A stretch of 24,000 bases of DNA, from the NCBI RefSeq assembly GCF_002216855.1, contig NZ_CP022355.1, positions 1,072,695 through 1,096,694 on the forward strand, read 5' to 3'. The stretch's first letter is position 1. The number at the start of each line of letters is the position of its first letter. The stretch is from Paraphotobacterium marinum (GTDB lineage Bacteria > Pseudomonadota > Gammaproteobacteria > Enterobacterales > Vibrionaceae). The notes below the pieces were generated by a model that worked only from the letters and a program-made list of their open reading frames with translations, was not told where the DNA came from and did no database searches. The position numbers and the translations under genes were made by a program. Below are positions 1 to 10,742 of this stretch, piece by piece.

Positions 1-1
1 G

Positions 2-1660
2 GATATTCGTGAAATATTAGATAATGTGCAATATAAACCAACCAAGTCACGATTTAAAATATACATTATTGATGAAGTTCATATGCTCTCTAAGAGCAGT
101 TTTAATGCTCTTTTAAAGACACTTGAAGAACCTCCTCAATATGTAAAGTTTATTCTTGCGACAACTGATCCCCAAAAAATACCTCTTACAGTCATATCAA
201 GGTGTCTTCAATTTAAATTAAAGCCTATTACAACAGATATTTTGAATAAACAATTAGAAAAAATATTGATGCATGAAAATATTACCTTTGATATAGAAGC
301 TATTGCTCAAATATCAAAAGAAGCAAAAGGAAGTTTAAGAGATGCTCTGAGTCTTACTGAACAAGCTATTTTAATGAGTTCTACTGACAATAAACATATC
401 AGTGATAGTCTAGTTAGATCTATGCTGGGCTTAATAAGTCAGGAAGATAGTTTGAACTTTTTGATAAAATTTGCAAAAGAAGGGGTAAATTGTTTATCTA
501 AAGCACTAATATTTTTTAATGCAAAGGGAGTTGACTGGTTAAAATTATTAAAAAACTTACATAGTGATTTACATAAAGTTGCAATGTATCAAGTCCTTTC
601 TGAAAATTTATTTATTACTGATGCTAGCACTGAAGAATATAAAAGAAAAATTGAATACTTATCGAATAAATTTTCCCCTCAGGAAATACAAGTTTTCTGC
701 GAAATTATTATAAAGTCTATAAAAGATTTAGAGTTCAGTCCAACAGAACAAACAGGTTTTGAAATAGCGATTTTACGGATGTACGCATTTCGAATTGATG
801 AAGGTGAATTTTTGTTTAAAGCTTCAGACATGAATTCTGCTTCAGAATCTGAAGGCATTAAAAGAAATTGTTTAAAACAAAATAATAAGCAAGAAGTAGT
901 TTCAGAACAAAATAACAATTTTATAAAAGAAAATAAAATTGTTTCATCTAAAACTGAAGATAATAATTTTGAGCAAATTGTAGAAAAAAAAATTGAATCT
1001 AAAACTAATCTAACTAATGAAAAACATAGTTTTAGTGGAGATATAGAAAAGCCATCTTTGTCAGACAGCTTAATAAAATCAAGAAATTTGCTTCGCGCAA
1101 AAGAAGAAAAAAAAAAAGATAAATTAACGACTCTATCAGCGCCTAATGGTAAGACGGATTCTGAAGGATTTGACAAAAAAAGCTCTCTAGAAGAGCCTAT
1201 TCATCCAGAAAAAATGATAATAAACCAAGAAAAAATCCATTCATCCCATCTGATAAGTAATTTATCTGATGAAAACGATGAGTTCATTAATATTGAAAAA
1301 TGGTCTACAATAATTGAAAAATTATCAGTATCTAAAATATCAAAACAAATATTGCTTAATTCAGCCATGAAGAAGCACAAACAGCTTATTAATTTGTTTC
1401 TTAGAGATTCCCATAAACAACTACAACAAAAAAAATATATGAATGAAATAAAATCGGAGTTATCTGATTTTTTTGGGGAGGCTGTAAACATAGAAGTTTT
1501 TATAACGAAAGAAGGTATTACTCCAAATGAAAGAAAAGACTTTTTAAGGGAACAAAAATTAACTAATATTAAGAAAGAAATAAATACAAATGAAAATGTT
1601 AAGTTTTTTATTGAAAATTTTGATGCACAAGTGGATTATAATAATATAGAATTATATTAA
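2..1660 (+). CDS. dnaX: DNA polymerase III subunits tau/gamma, 3' part (5' end outside window)
   Basis: Open frame from base 2 (DIREILDNVQYKPTKSRFKIYIIDEVHMLSKSSFNALLKTLEEPP...KFILATTDPQK.P.TVISRCLQF) matches the DnaX clamp-loader AAA+ region; followed by ybaB-recR as in many gammaproteobacteria. The listed ORF start at 26 (GTG) is internal. Confidence 0.96.
   Translation, partial: DIREILDNVQYKPTKSRFKIYIIDEVHMLSKSSFNALLKTLEEPPQYVKFILATTDPQKIPLTVISRCLQFKLKPITTDILNKQLEKILMHENITFDIEAIAQISKEAKGSLRDALSLTEQAILMSSTDNKHISDSLVRSMLGLISQEDSLNFLIKFAKEGVNCLSKALIFFNAKGVDWLKLLKNLHSDLHKVAMYQVLSENLFITDASTEEYKRKIEYLSNKFSPQEIQVFCEIIIKSIKDLEFSPTEQTGFEIAILRMYAFRIDEGEFLFKASDMNSASESEGIKRNCLKQNNKQEVVSEQNNNFIKENKIVSSKTEDNNFEQIVEKKIESKTNLTNEKHSFSGDIEKPSLSDSLIKSRNLLRAKEEKKKDKLTTLSAPNGKTDSEGFDKKSSLEEPIHPEKMIINQEKIHSSHLISNLSDENDEFINIEKWSTIIEKLSVSKISKQILLNSAMKKHKQLINLFLRDSHKQLQQKKYMNEIKSELSDFFGEAVNIEVFITKEGITPNERKDFLREQKLTNIKKEINTNENVKFFIENFDAQVDYNNIELY
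1107..1117 (+). promoter_or_regulatory. A11 slippage tract in dnaX, candidate tau/gamma recoding site
   Basis: GAA GAA AAA AAA AAA GAT: uninterrupted run of 11 A. With one A added the reading is KKKR*, with one A removed it is KKKIN*. The location corresponds to the E. coli A AAA AAG frameshift region after the conserved LxxxRxxLxxxx segment. Confidence 0.7.
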
Positions 1661-1687
1661 AGTTTTTATTTATTGAGAGAGAAATTT

Positions 1688-2017
1688 ATGTTTAACAAAG
1701 GTGGAATGGGCAATTTAATGAAACAAGCCCAGCAAATGCAAGAAAAGATGGCAAAAATGCAAGAAGAGATTGCTAACATGGAAGTTACTGGTGAATCAGG
1801 AGCTGGTTTAGTTAAAATAACTATTACTGGTTCGCATAACGTTAGAAAAGTCCACATTGACGATTCATTACTAGATGATGACAAAGATATGCTTGAAGAT
1901 TTAATTGCAGCGGCATTTAATGATGCAAGTAGAAGAGTTGATGAAGCTCAAAAAGAAAAGATGTCGGCAGTTGGTGGAGGTATGAACTTACCGGCGGGAT
2001 TTAAAATGCCATTTTAA
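1688..2017 (+). CDS. ybaB: YbaB/EbfC family nucleoid-associated protein
   Basis: [48 protein letters not shown]...GFKMPF is very close to E. coli YbaB. Start assigned at 1688 rather than the ORF-track start at 1673, by homology. Confidence 0.96.
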   Translation: MFNKGGMGNLMKQAQQMQEKMAKMQEEIANMEVTGESGAGLVKITITGSHNVRKVHIDDSLLDDDKDMLEDLIAAAFNDASRRVDEAQKEKMSAVGGGMNLPAGFKMPF

Positions 2018-2025
2018 AGCATCTT

Positions 2026-2625
2026 ATGAAAAATAGTAAGTTAATAGAAACAGCTATAGAGGCTCTCACTTGCTTACCAGGTGTGGGGCCTAAATCTGCA
2101 CAAAGAATGATATATTCGTTATTAAAAAATAACAGACATGGTGGAATTAATTTAAGTCAAGTTTTGAAACAAGCTATGACTGAAGTTTCAAATTGTAGTG
2201 TATGTCAGACTTATACTGAAAATGAGATCTGTGAGATCTGTCTTAATAAAGATAGATTGGCTACAGGTACGGTTTGTGTGGTTGAAAACCCATCTGATAT
2301 AATTGCTGTTGAAAGAACAGGTCAGTTTGATGGACGTTATTTTGTTCTTCATGGCAACTTATCTCCTATAGATGGAATTTCTCCTGAAGATTTAAAGATA
2401 GACATACTGGAAAATCAATTGAAAAGTGGTAATATTTCTGAAGTGATTCTTGCAACAAGCTCAACTATTCATGGGGAAGCTACAGCACTTTTCATCTCCG
2501 AAATTTGTAAGAAATATAAAATTCAATCTACTCGCATTGCTTATGGTATTCCAATTGGTGGTGAGCTTGATTTAGTGGATGGTAGTACTCTAATTCATGC
2601 ATTTTCCGGTCGTAAAACATATTAG
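2026..2625 (+). CDS. recR: Recombination mediator protein RecR
   Basis: LTCLPGVGPKSAQRM, Cys4 zinc motif (CSVCQTYTENEICEICLN), Toprim region VVENPSDIIAVERTGQFDGRYFVLHG; directly downstream of ybaB. Confidence 0.96.
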   Translation: MKNSKLIETAIEALTCLPGVGPKSAQRMIYSLLKNNRHGGINLSQVLKQAMTEVSNCSVCQTYTENEICEICLNKDRLATGTVCVVENPSDIIAVERTGQFDGRYFVLHGNLSPIDGISPEDLKIDILENQLKSGNISEVILATSSTIHGEATALFISEICKKYKIQSTRIAYGIPIGGELDLVDGSTLIHAFSGRKTY

Positions 2626-2648
2626 CATAAAAAATTTTTACATTCTGA

Positions 2649-2677
2649 CTTGATAAAAATAAATTTGCCCCTATTTA
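2649..2677 (+). promoter_or_regulatory. Candidate sigma-32 heat-shock promoter for htpG
   Basis: CTTGATA - 12 nt - CCCCTATTTA, resembling the RpoH consensus CTTGAAA-N(11-16)-CCCCATnT; lies about 45-70 bp upstream of the htpG start. Confidence 0.65.
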
Positions 2678-2720
2678 TAAGACATATCAAAATTTTTATT
2701 CTTCAATCTTAGGAGTAACT

Positions 2721-4625
2721 ATGTCAGAACAAGTAACAAGTCAAAAAGAGACTCTAGGCTTTCAATCTGAAGTCAAACAATTATTAAATTTAATGATTCA
2801 TTCTTTGTATTCAAATAAGGAAATCTTTTTAAGAGAATTAATTTCTAATGCCTCTGATGCTGCTGATAAGTTAAGATTTAAAGCCTTATCTGATTCAGAA
2901 TTATATCAAAATGATGCTGATCTTAGAGTAAGGCTTTCTTTTGATGAAGAAGCAGGGACATTGACTATAAGTGATAATGGTATTGGAATGAACCGTTCTG
3001 AGATTATTGAGCATTTAGGAACAATCGCGAAATCTGGAACAGCTGAGTTTTTTGAAAAGTTGAGTCAAGATGAGACTAAAGATTCTCAATTAATAGGTCA
3101 GTTTGGGGTTGGCTTTTATTCTGCATTTATCGTTGCAAATGAAGTAACTGTAATTTCTCGTTCGGCATTTTCGTCTGAAAATGATGCTGTCCAGTGGCAT
3201 TCTCTTGGAGAAGGAGAATATACTATTGAAAATGTCTCCAAAAAAGAAAGAGGTACAGATATAATTCTTCATTTAAAAGAAGAAGAAAAAGAATTTTTAA
3301 ATGACTACCGGTTAAGAGAAGTTGTTGGTAAATATTCCGATCATATAGGTATACCTGTATATATTTGGACTACAGAAAAAGATGAAGATGGTAAGCCAAA
3401 AGAGAGTAAATGGGAGCAAATAAACAAGGCTCAGGCACTTTGGACTCGCTCCAAATCAGACATTTCTAAAGAAGAGTATAACGAATTTTATAAACATATC
3501 TCCCATGATTTTTCCGAACCACTAACGTGGTCACACAATAAAGTTGAAGGCAAACAAGATTACACAAGTCTATTATATGTACCAAGTAAAGCCCCATGGG
3601 ATCTTTACAATAGAGATCAAAAGCATGGATTGAAGCTTTATGTACAAAGAGTGTTCATAATGGATGATGCTGAACAATTTATGCCAAGTTATTTAAGATT
3701 TATGAAAGGGCTAATTGATTCGAATGATTTACCTTTAAATGTTTCTCGTGAAATATTACAGGATAATAAGGTGACTCAATCATTAAGAAATGCTTGCACG
3801 AAAAGAACTTTACAAATGCTAGAAAAATTATCAAACAATGATAATGATAAATATCAAGCATTCTGGAATGAATTTGGACAAGTTTTGAAAGAAGGGCTTG
3901 CTGAAGATTTTTCAAATAAGGAAAAAATTGCAAACCTATTAAGGTTTTCAACAACTAACAATGAATCTAATCAGCAGAATGTTTCTTTGAAAAATTACTT
4001 GGAAAGAATGTCAGAAGATCAAGACACTATTTATTACTTAACAGCTGACAGTTATAGCACAGCCATAAACAGTCCACACTTAGAGCAGTTTAAATCGAAA
4101 GGGATTGAAGTTATTTTAATGTATGATCGCATTGATGAGTGGATGATGAGTTATTTAACTGAGTTTGAAGGTAAAAAACTACAATCAATTAGTAAGTCAG
4201 ATTTAGACTTAAGTAAATTTGAGTCTGATGAAGATAAAGAAAAGAAAGAACAAACTGAAAAAGAGTTTTCTTCAGTGGTTGAAAGAATCAAAACTTATTT
4301 AAGTGACAGAGTTAAAGATGTTAAAACAACTTTTAAGCTTAATAATACACCGGCGATAGTTGTTACTGATGAAAATGAAATGGGAACTCAAATGGCGAAA
4401 TTACTTGCTGCTGCAGGTCAAAATGCACCAGAAGTAAAATATATATTTGAAATTAACCCTGAACATACATTAATTAAACAAATGGCTGATGAAGCAGATG
4501 AAGAAACTTTTAATCACTGGGTTGAGTACTTAATTGGACAAGCAATGTTATCTGAAAAGGGAATGATGGAAGATACATCTAAATTTGTTTCCGCAACTCA
4601 AGCTCTTTTAGGAAAATTAGCTTAA
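2721..4625 (+). CDS. htpG: Molecular chaperone HtpG (Hsp90 family)
   Basis: [80 protein letters not shown]; full-length 634 aa; RBS-like AGGAG upstream. Confidence 0.98.
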   Translation: MSEQVTSQKETLGFQSEVKQLLNLMIHSLYSNKEIFLRELISNASDAADKLRFKALSDSELYQNDADLRVRLSFDEEAGTLTISDNGIGMNRSEIIEHLGTIAKSGTAEFFEKLSQDETKDSQLIGQFGVGFYSAFIVANEVTVISRSAFSSENDAVQWHSLGEGEYTIENVSKKERGTDIILHLKEEEKEFLNDYRLREVVGKYSDHIGIPVYIWTTEKDEDGKPKESKWEQINKAQALWTRSKSDISKEEYNEFYKHISHDFSEPLTWSHNKVEGKQDYTSLLYVPSKAPWDLYNRDQKHGLKLYVQRVFIMDDAEQFMPSYLRFMKGLIDSNDLPLNVSREILQDNKVTQSLRNACTKRTLQMLEKLSNNDNDKYQAFWNEFGQVLKEGLAEDFSNKEKIANLLRFSTTNNESNQQNVSLKNYLERMSEDQDTIYYLTADSYSTAINSPHLEQFKSKGIEVILMYDRIDEWMMSYLTEFEGKKLQSISKSDLDLSKFESDEDKEKKEQTEKEFSSVVERIKTYLSDRVKDVKTTFKLNNTPAIVVTDENEMGTQMAKLLAAAGQNAPEVKYIFEINPEHTLIKQMADEADEETFNHWVEYLIGQAMLSEKGMMEDTSKFVSATQALLGKLA

Positions 4626-4634
4626 ACATTAATT

Positions 4635-4657
4635 GTAAGTGGATAATATCCACTTAC
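4635..4657. repeat. 11-bp perfect inverted repeat between htpG and adk
   Basis: GTAAGTGGATA-A-TATCCACTTAC. No T-tract follows on either strand, so it is not a clear intrinsic terminator. Confidence 0.7.
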
Positions 4658-4677
4658 GAAATAAGAAAAGGTTTTAA

Positions 4678-5322
<645 letters not shown>

Positions 5323-5376
5323 AATCTGTAAAAGGTTAATTATTATCTGGATTAGTCCATCTTGTGGAAATAAAAT

Positions 5377-6348
5377 ATGAAAAAAAAAGGATTATTACTT
5401 GTAAATTTGGGTTCTCCTGAAAGTTATTCAAAAAAAGATATAAGAGCTTTTTTGAAGCAGTTCTTATCTGATAGACGGGTAATTGAAAAGTCTCCCTTAA
5501 TTTGGAAACCAATTTTATATTTAGTAATTCTTCCATTTAGAAGCAGGAAAAATATCGAGGCTTATAAATCCATTTGGACAGAAAAAGGCTCTCCATTAAA
5601 GCTTTATAGTAGAAAACAGAAAGAAAAAATTGAAGATGAAATTGATTTCCCCGTTGAGTATTCAATGACTTATGGGGAACCTTCGATTTCTAATGCTCTG
5701 AAAGAATTAATTGAATCCAAAAATTGTGAAAATATTATGGTTTTACCAATGTTTCCTCAATTTTCGGCAACAACATCAGCTGCTGTATTTGATCAGATAG
5801 GTCAATACTTTAAAAACAAACGGTTTATTCCTCAAATACAATTTATCAATTATTATTTTAATCATCCTCATTATATTAGAGTGTTGGCTAATAGCATCAC
5901 TCAACATAGAAAAAAACATAAAAAATCAAATCTTATAATTTGCTCTTATCATGGTATCCCTAAAGATTATTCTGATAAAGGTGATCCTTATTACGAACAA
6001 TGTATTGAAAACACTAAGTTATTAAAAGAAGAACTTAAGCTTTCTGATAAGGATATAATTACAACTTTCCAATCTAGGCTTGGTCCTCAAGAGTGGTTAA
6101 AACCCTATACTTTTGATACTTTAAAAGCTCTCGGTAAACAAGGAATACAAGAAATTGATATACTTTCTCCATCTTTCTCTGTGGACTGTTTGGAAACTTT
6201 AGAAGAAATTAAAGAGGAAGCTGAAGAGGTTTTTATTAGTGCTGGAGGAAAAAAATTGAATTATATACCTTGTTTGAATGATGAAAATGAACATATTCAA
6301 TTTTTGGTATCGTTTATTAAAGAAAATTTTCATTCCACAAGTAATTAA
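5377..6348 (+). CDS. hemH: Ferrochelatase
   Basis: LLVNLGSPESYSKKDIRAFLKQFLSDRRVIE, SYHGIPKDY, TFQSRLGPQEWLKPYT; 323 aa. Confidence 0.97.
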   Translation: MKKKGLLLVNLGSPESYSKKDIRAFLKQFLSDRRVIEKSPLIWKPILYLVILPFRSRKNIEAYKSIWTEKGSPLKLYSRKQKEKIEDEIDFPVEYSMTYGEPSISNALKELIESKNCENIMVLPMFPQFSATTSAAVFDQIGQYFKNKRFIPQIQFINYYFNHPHYIRVLANSITQHRKKHKKSNLIICSYHGIPKDYSDKGDPYYEQCIENTKLLKEELKLSDKDIITTFQSRLGPQEWLKPYTFDTLKALGKQGIQEIDILSPSFSVDCLETLEEIKEEAEEVFISAGGKKLNYIPCLNDENEHIQFLVSFIKENFHSTSN

Positions 6349-6387
6349 AGTTATGTTAATATCTTCTTTTATTTTTAGTTTATTTAT

Positions 6388-7689
6388 ATGAAGTTTCCAG
6401 GTAGAAGAAAAACAAAACATTATTTTCCCATTGATGATGCTAATAATCAAAGCTCATTAAAGTCCCAGAAGCAATTTAAACGCAGACATCTCATTGGGAT
6501 TGATCAAACTATGGTTGATATTGAGGCAAAAGTGTCTGATGACTTTCTTAGGAAGTTCGATTTAATAAAAGGTTCTTCTTTTATTATTGATAACCAAAAA
6601 GCTCTCAAGTTACATAATGAGCTTATTTCTGAAAATTTAATTGAATATGAACATCCTGGTGGAACTATAGCCAATACTTTACATAATTATTCTATGCTGG
6701 CTGATGATAAGTCTGTTTTGTTGGGAGTGATGAGTAAAAAAATCAACGTAGGATCTTTTGCTTACAAATATTTATGTCATTCATCTAGTCGAATGGATTT
6801 AAATTATCTTGATGCTGTCGATGGGCCGATTGGAAGATGCTATACATTAATTAGCTCTGATGGTGAACGTACATTTGCTATTAATAAAGGGTCTATGAAC
6901 GAATTATCACCTAAAGCTATTGATGAAAGTATTTTTCAAGATTCATGTGCTCTTGTTATAAGTGCTTATATCACAAGATGTGAAAGTTATGAAGAAATCC
7001 AGCGATCATCGGAAAAAGCTATTGCGATAGCAAAAAATTATAAGATACCAGTTGTTTTATCTACAGGTACAAAATTTCTCATACAAGATAGACCTGAATG
7101 GTGGTTAAACTTTATTAAAGAAAATATCGATATTTTAGCTATGAATGAAGAAGAATCAATGGCTTTAACAGGATGTGAAAATGTCATTGAATCAATGAAC
7201 CAATTATTAGATATTACTGATTATATATTATGTACAGTTGGTTCTGAAGGAATTTATACAGCTGGTTATACTGATGATGATGCTAAAAGATTAACAACTT
7301 TGCCATTAATCTCAAACTTTAAAGAGAAGTTTAATGAATACGAATTTAGTCGAGCAATGATGAAATCTGATTGCATACAACCTTTAAAAGTATTTTCTTA
7401 TAAAGCACCTTTCAAAGGCGGACCAGAAAAGATAAAAAATACAAATGGTGCAGGTGATGGGGCTTTAGCTGCCTTATTACATGACATTTCAGCAAATCAA
7501 TTTCATAGAGATAATTATCCTAATTCAGAAAAACATAATTTTAATTTTTTAACTTACTCTTCATTCTCGCAAGTTTGTAAATACGCAAATAGAGTTAGTT
7601 ACGAAGTTATTTCACAACACTCTCCTAGACTAATGAGAGGGCTTCCTGAAAAAGAGGATTGTTTAGAGGAAGCCTATTGGGATAATTAA
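6388..7689 (+). CDS. gsk: Inosine-guanosine kinase (PfkB/ribokinase family)
   Basis: MKFPGRRKTKHYFP start, PfkB-type C-terminal signature NTNGAGDGALAALLHD; length 433 aa as in E. coli Gsk; located after hemH. Confidence 0.93.
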   Translation: MKFPGRRKTKHYFPIDDANNQSSLKSQKQFKRRHLIGIDQTMVDIEAKVSDDFLRKFDLIKGSSFIIDNQKALKLHNELISENLIEYEHPGGTIANTLHNYSMLADDKSVLLGVMSKKINVGSFAYKYLCHSSSRMDLNYLDAVDGPIGRCYTLISSDGERTFAINKGSMNELSPKAIDESIFQDSCALVISAYITRCESYEEIQRSSEKAIAIAKNYKIPVVLSTGTKFLIQDRPEWWLNFIKENIDILAMNEEESMALTGCENVIESMNQLLDITDYILCTVGSEGIYTAGYTDDDAKRLTTLPLISNFKEKFNEYEFSRAMMKSDCIQPLKVFSYKAPFKGGPEKIKNTNGAGDGALAALLHDISANQFHRDNYPNSEKHNFNFLTYSSFSQVCKYANRVSYEVISQHSPRLMRGLPEKEDCLEEAYWDN

Positions 7690-7695
7690 GAGTAA

Positions 7696-9357
7696 TTAAT
7701 ATCCATCGGTATGAATTTCTGATATTATTCTACCGGAAGGGTCATTAGAGTTTTTAAATGAGCTATCCCAATTTATTGCTTCTGGAGTAGAGCAAGCCAC
7801 TGTTGGACCACCAGGCACAAGTTCTAAAGAACCTTTTGTTTTAAACAGCTTTTCAAAGATATCTCTATAAAGGTATCCTTCCTTAGTTTTAGGAGTATTA
7901 AAAGGAAATTTGTATGAAGCATTTTTCATATCTTCATCAGATATTTTTTGTTCTGAATATTCCTTCAATGAATCAATCCAACTATAACCAACACCATCTG
8001 AAAATTGTTCTTTTTGCCGGTTAATGATCTCATTTGGTAAATTTTCTTTGAAAATATCTCTCAAAACCTGCTTTTCAATTTTTGATTTAGTTACCATTTT
8101 CAACTTTGGATCCATATTCATTGCTGCATCTAAAAACTGTTTGTCAAGAAATGGTACTCTAGTTTCAATTCCCCAAGCAGCCATGGATTTATTTGCTCGA
8201 TTACAGTCAAATTTATTTAATGCGAAAACTTTTCTTATAGTTTCTTTATGAAACTCATGATGATTTGGAGCTTTATGAAAATACAAATAGCCACCAAATA
8301 TCTCATCTGCGCCTTCTCCTGATAGAACCATTTTTATTCCCATTGCTTTTATTTTCCTAGCCATTAAAAACATTGGAGTAGAAGCCCTGATAGTTGTAAT
8401 ATCATATGTTTCTAGGTGATAAATTATATCTTCAAGAGAATCCAACCCTTCCTGAATAGTATACTCAAAACTATGGTGGATGGTTCCAATGTAATCAGCA
8501 ACAGTTTGTGCAGCTTTAAGATCAGGGGAATTTTTTAAACCAATTGCGAAAGAATGAAGAGATGGCCACCAAGCGGTTGATTTGCTATCATCTTCAATTC
8601 TTTTGGTTGAGAACTTTTTTGCGATTGAAGCAATAATGGAGGAGTCAAGACCACCTGATAGTAAGACACCGTAGGGTACATCACACATTAATTGTCTTTT
8701 AACAGCACTTTCTAATTCATGTTTAATCGCCTTTGGTGTTGAAAAATTAAGATTTTCAACTTTTGACGTTTCCCAGGATGGCTTATAGTATCTAATATAT
8801 GTCTTATTTTGGCTGGAGTAGTAATGTCCTGGGGGAAACTCAGATACATTTGAGCATACGTCCTCAAGAGCTTTAAGTTCAGATGCGATATAAATTTGTT
8901 CTATTTTATCAATTCCCTGGTATAATGGCACTATTCCAATATGGTCTCTAGCAATGAAGTATATATCTTTATTTTGATCATATAAAATAAAAGAAAAAAT
9001 ACCGTTTAATTTATTAATGAAATCAATTCCATATTTTTCGTATAAAGCTATGATTATTTCACAATCTGAGTCAGTTTGAAATTTGTAATCCATGACTTCA
9101 CTTCTTAACTCATTATGATTATATATTTCACCATTTACGGCAAGTACGATGGATTTATCATTGTTAAATAAAGGTTGTCCACCACTATTTAACCCAACAA
9201 TAGCCAGCCTTTCATGAGCTAAAATAACACTACTAGATGCAAAAATACCTGACCAATCAGGTCCTCTGTGTCTTAATTTTTTTGATTGGATTAATGCTAT
9301 TTTTCGCATTTTTTCCATATCATCTTTAAGTCCTAATATTCCTAATATTCCACACAT
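7696..9357 (-). CDS. asnB: Asparagine synthase (glutamine-hydrolysing) B
   Basis: MCGILGILG with catalytic Cys2, HRGPDWSG, LSGGLDSSIIASIA PP-loop motif; 553 aa. Confidence 0.97.
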   Translation of the reverse strand: MCGILGILGLKDDMEKMRKIALIQSKKLRHRGPDWSGIFASSSVILAHERLAIVGLNSGGQPLFNNDKSIVLAVNGEIYNHNELRSEVMDYKFQTDSDCEIIIALYEKYGIDFINKLNGIFSFILYDQNKDIYFIARDHIGIVPLYQGIDKIEQIYIASELKALEDVCSNVSEFPPGHYYSSQNKTYIRYYKPSWETSKVENLNFSTPKAIKHELESAVKRQLMCDVPYGVLLSGGLDSSIIASIAKKFSTKRIEDDSKSTAWWPSLHSFAIGLKNSPDLKAAQTVADYIGTIHHSFEYTIQEGLDSLEDIIYHLETYDITTIRASTPMFLMARKIKAMGIKMVLSGEGADEIFGGYLYFHKAPNHHEFHKETIRKVFALNKFDCNRANKSMAAWGIETRVPFLDKQFLDAAMNMDPKLKMVTKSKIEKQVLRDIFKENLPNEIINRQKEQFSDGVGYSWIDSLKEYSEQKISDEDMKNASYKFPFNTPKTKEGYLYRDIFEKLFKTKGSLELVPGGPTVACSTPEAINWDSSFKNSNDPSGRIISEIHTDGY

Positions 9358-9509
9358 TAGTTTTGTTTTCCTTTTGAATTGAGTCCCTAAAATTAATATG
9401 CTTTATTTTTACTGTAAAATCTAGTACTTATTATCGAAGTTATATATTTTTCCTAAGAATTTTTTATATGGTAGGCATTTGATGACTCTAAAATTTTAAT
9501 GTCAACTTC

Positions 9510-9558
9510 ATTAAAACTCTTAATTACAACTATGAATATTGTAATTAAGAGTTTTAAT
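9510..9558. repeat. 20-bp perfect inverted repeat with 9-nt loop between nagA and asnB
   Basis: ATTAAAACTCTTAATTACAA - CTATGAATA - TTGTAATTAAGAGTTTTAAT; intergenic, 3' of nagBA and 5' of asnB (both minus strand). Confidence 0.85.
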
Positions 9559-9608
9559 ATTGATAGATAAAGTCTTAAATTAGAATTGATTGGAATGAAG
9601 TGTTAATT

Positions 9609-10742
9609 TTAACTAATCATATTACCCTCAAAAACTGTACTTACCATTTTTAATGAGTGATCAAAAACTGCTAAGTTTGCTATTCTATTTTCTTTGATCC
9701 TGCCGAAATTTTGTTCACATTTAATTGCTTTAGCTGGATTAATGGTAGCCATTTTTATTGCTTCACTCAGGGGTATGCGTGTATTTAATACACAATTTTT
9801 AATTGCTTCAATCATAGTTAGAGAAGATCCACCTAATGTGTTATTTGAATCAACACACTGACCATCTTTGATGTAAATTTTGGTACCCACAAAATCAAAG
9901 CTTGGTATGTTGGAGGATGCTGCAGCTGTAGCATCAGTAACAAGAACCAACTTATCCGATAGAATGTTATGAGCTAACTCTATATTTGGGTATGAGACGT
10001 GAAAACCATCAGCAATAATTCCTGCAAATATTTCTTTTGATGAAAAAACTGCGCCTACAATACCAGGCTCTCTGCTATTTAAAGGTGTCATTGCATTAAA
10101 TAAATGCGTAGCAAATGAAATTCCATTTTTAAATGAATTCATTGCTTCTTCATATGTTGCCAAGGAGTGTCCGATTGAAACAATAACGCCGGCATCATTT
10201 AATTTTTTTATGAATTTTTCTGAATTTAATTCAGGCGCCAAGGTTATTTTTCTAATAATATCTTTATTTGAAATGATATAATTAACCATTTCTTTACTTA
10301 AGGGTTTTATAAAAGACTTATTATGAATACCTTTCTTTTTTTCGTTTAAATAAGGCCCCTCTAAATGAATTCCGAGTGAACTATTAATATTTGACTGTTG
10401 ATATGTTCTTACTGATTCAACAGCAATTTTCAAATCTTCTTCGGAGGCTGTAATAAAGGTAGGAAGAAAGTTTGTACACCCTGTTATTAAGTTTGTTTTA
10501 TGCATAATCTCAATGGTTTTAGGCGTTGTGTCTGAATTAAACATAACACCACCACATCCATTTAACTGGAGATCAATGAATCCTGGTGTAACGAAATTAC
10601 CATTTAAATCTATGGTTTTTATGGAAGAATCAATTTCTTCATTTTTACATACTTTTAGTATTTTATTATTCTTTATGATTATTGAGTGGTTATAGATAAA
10701 TTTGATGCCATCATGAATAATACAATTTGTAAGGACAAACAT
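9609..10742 (-). CDS. nagA: N-acetylglucosamine-6-phosphate deacetylase
   Basis: GFIDLQLNGCGGVMFN, LGIHLEGPYLNEKKKGIHN, SIGHSLATYEEA, THLFNAMTPL, LVTDA; follows nagB with TAATG stop/start overlap. Confidence 0.96.
   Translation of the reverse strand: MFVLTNCIIHDGIKFIYNHSIIIKNNKILKVCKNEEIDSSIKTIDLNGNFVTPGFIDLQLNGCGGVMFNSDTTPKTIEIMHKTNLITGCTNFLPTFITASEEDLKIAVESVRTYQQSNINSSLGIHLEGPYLNEKKKGIHNKSFIKPLSKEMVNYIISNKDIIRKITLAPELNSEKFIKKLNDAGVIVSIGHSLATYEEAMNSFKNGISFATHLFNAMTPLNSREPGIVGAVFSSKEIFAGIIADGFHVSYPNIELAHNILSDKLVLVTDATAAASSNIPSFDFVGTKIYIKDGQCVDSNNTLGGSSLTMIEAIKNCVLNTRIPLSEAIKMATINPAKAIKCEQNFGRIKENRIANLAVFDHSLKMVSTVFEGNMIS

Noticed and set aside
984-992. A9 run in dnaX as the tau/gamma slippage site
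   Set aside because: In frame and also slippage-prone, but upstream of the homologous site; the A11 tract at 1107-1117 is longer and at the expected position. Kept only as context.
679-1491. Antisense ORFs 679..1176 and 1201..1491 opposite dnaX
   Set aside because: They lie wholly inside the confidently identified dnaX frame, show low-complexity translations and no recognisable domain; expected by chance in AT-rich DNA.
3090-3954. Antisense ORFs 3090..3272 and 3700..3954 within htpG
   Set aside because: Fully inside conserved htpG; no family similarity recognised.
5336-5536. 66-aa minus ORF at the adk-hemH junction
   Set aside because: Mostly antisense to hemH; no RBS or conserved features.
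6199-6450. 83-aa minus ORF overlapping hemH 3' end and gsk 5' end
   Set aside because: Antisense to two conserved genes; hydrophobic/Phe-rich translation typical of reversed AT-rich coding sequence.
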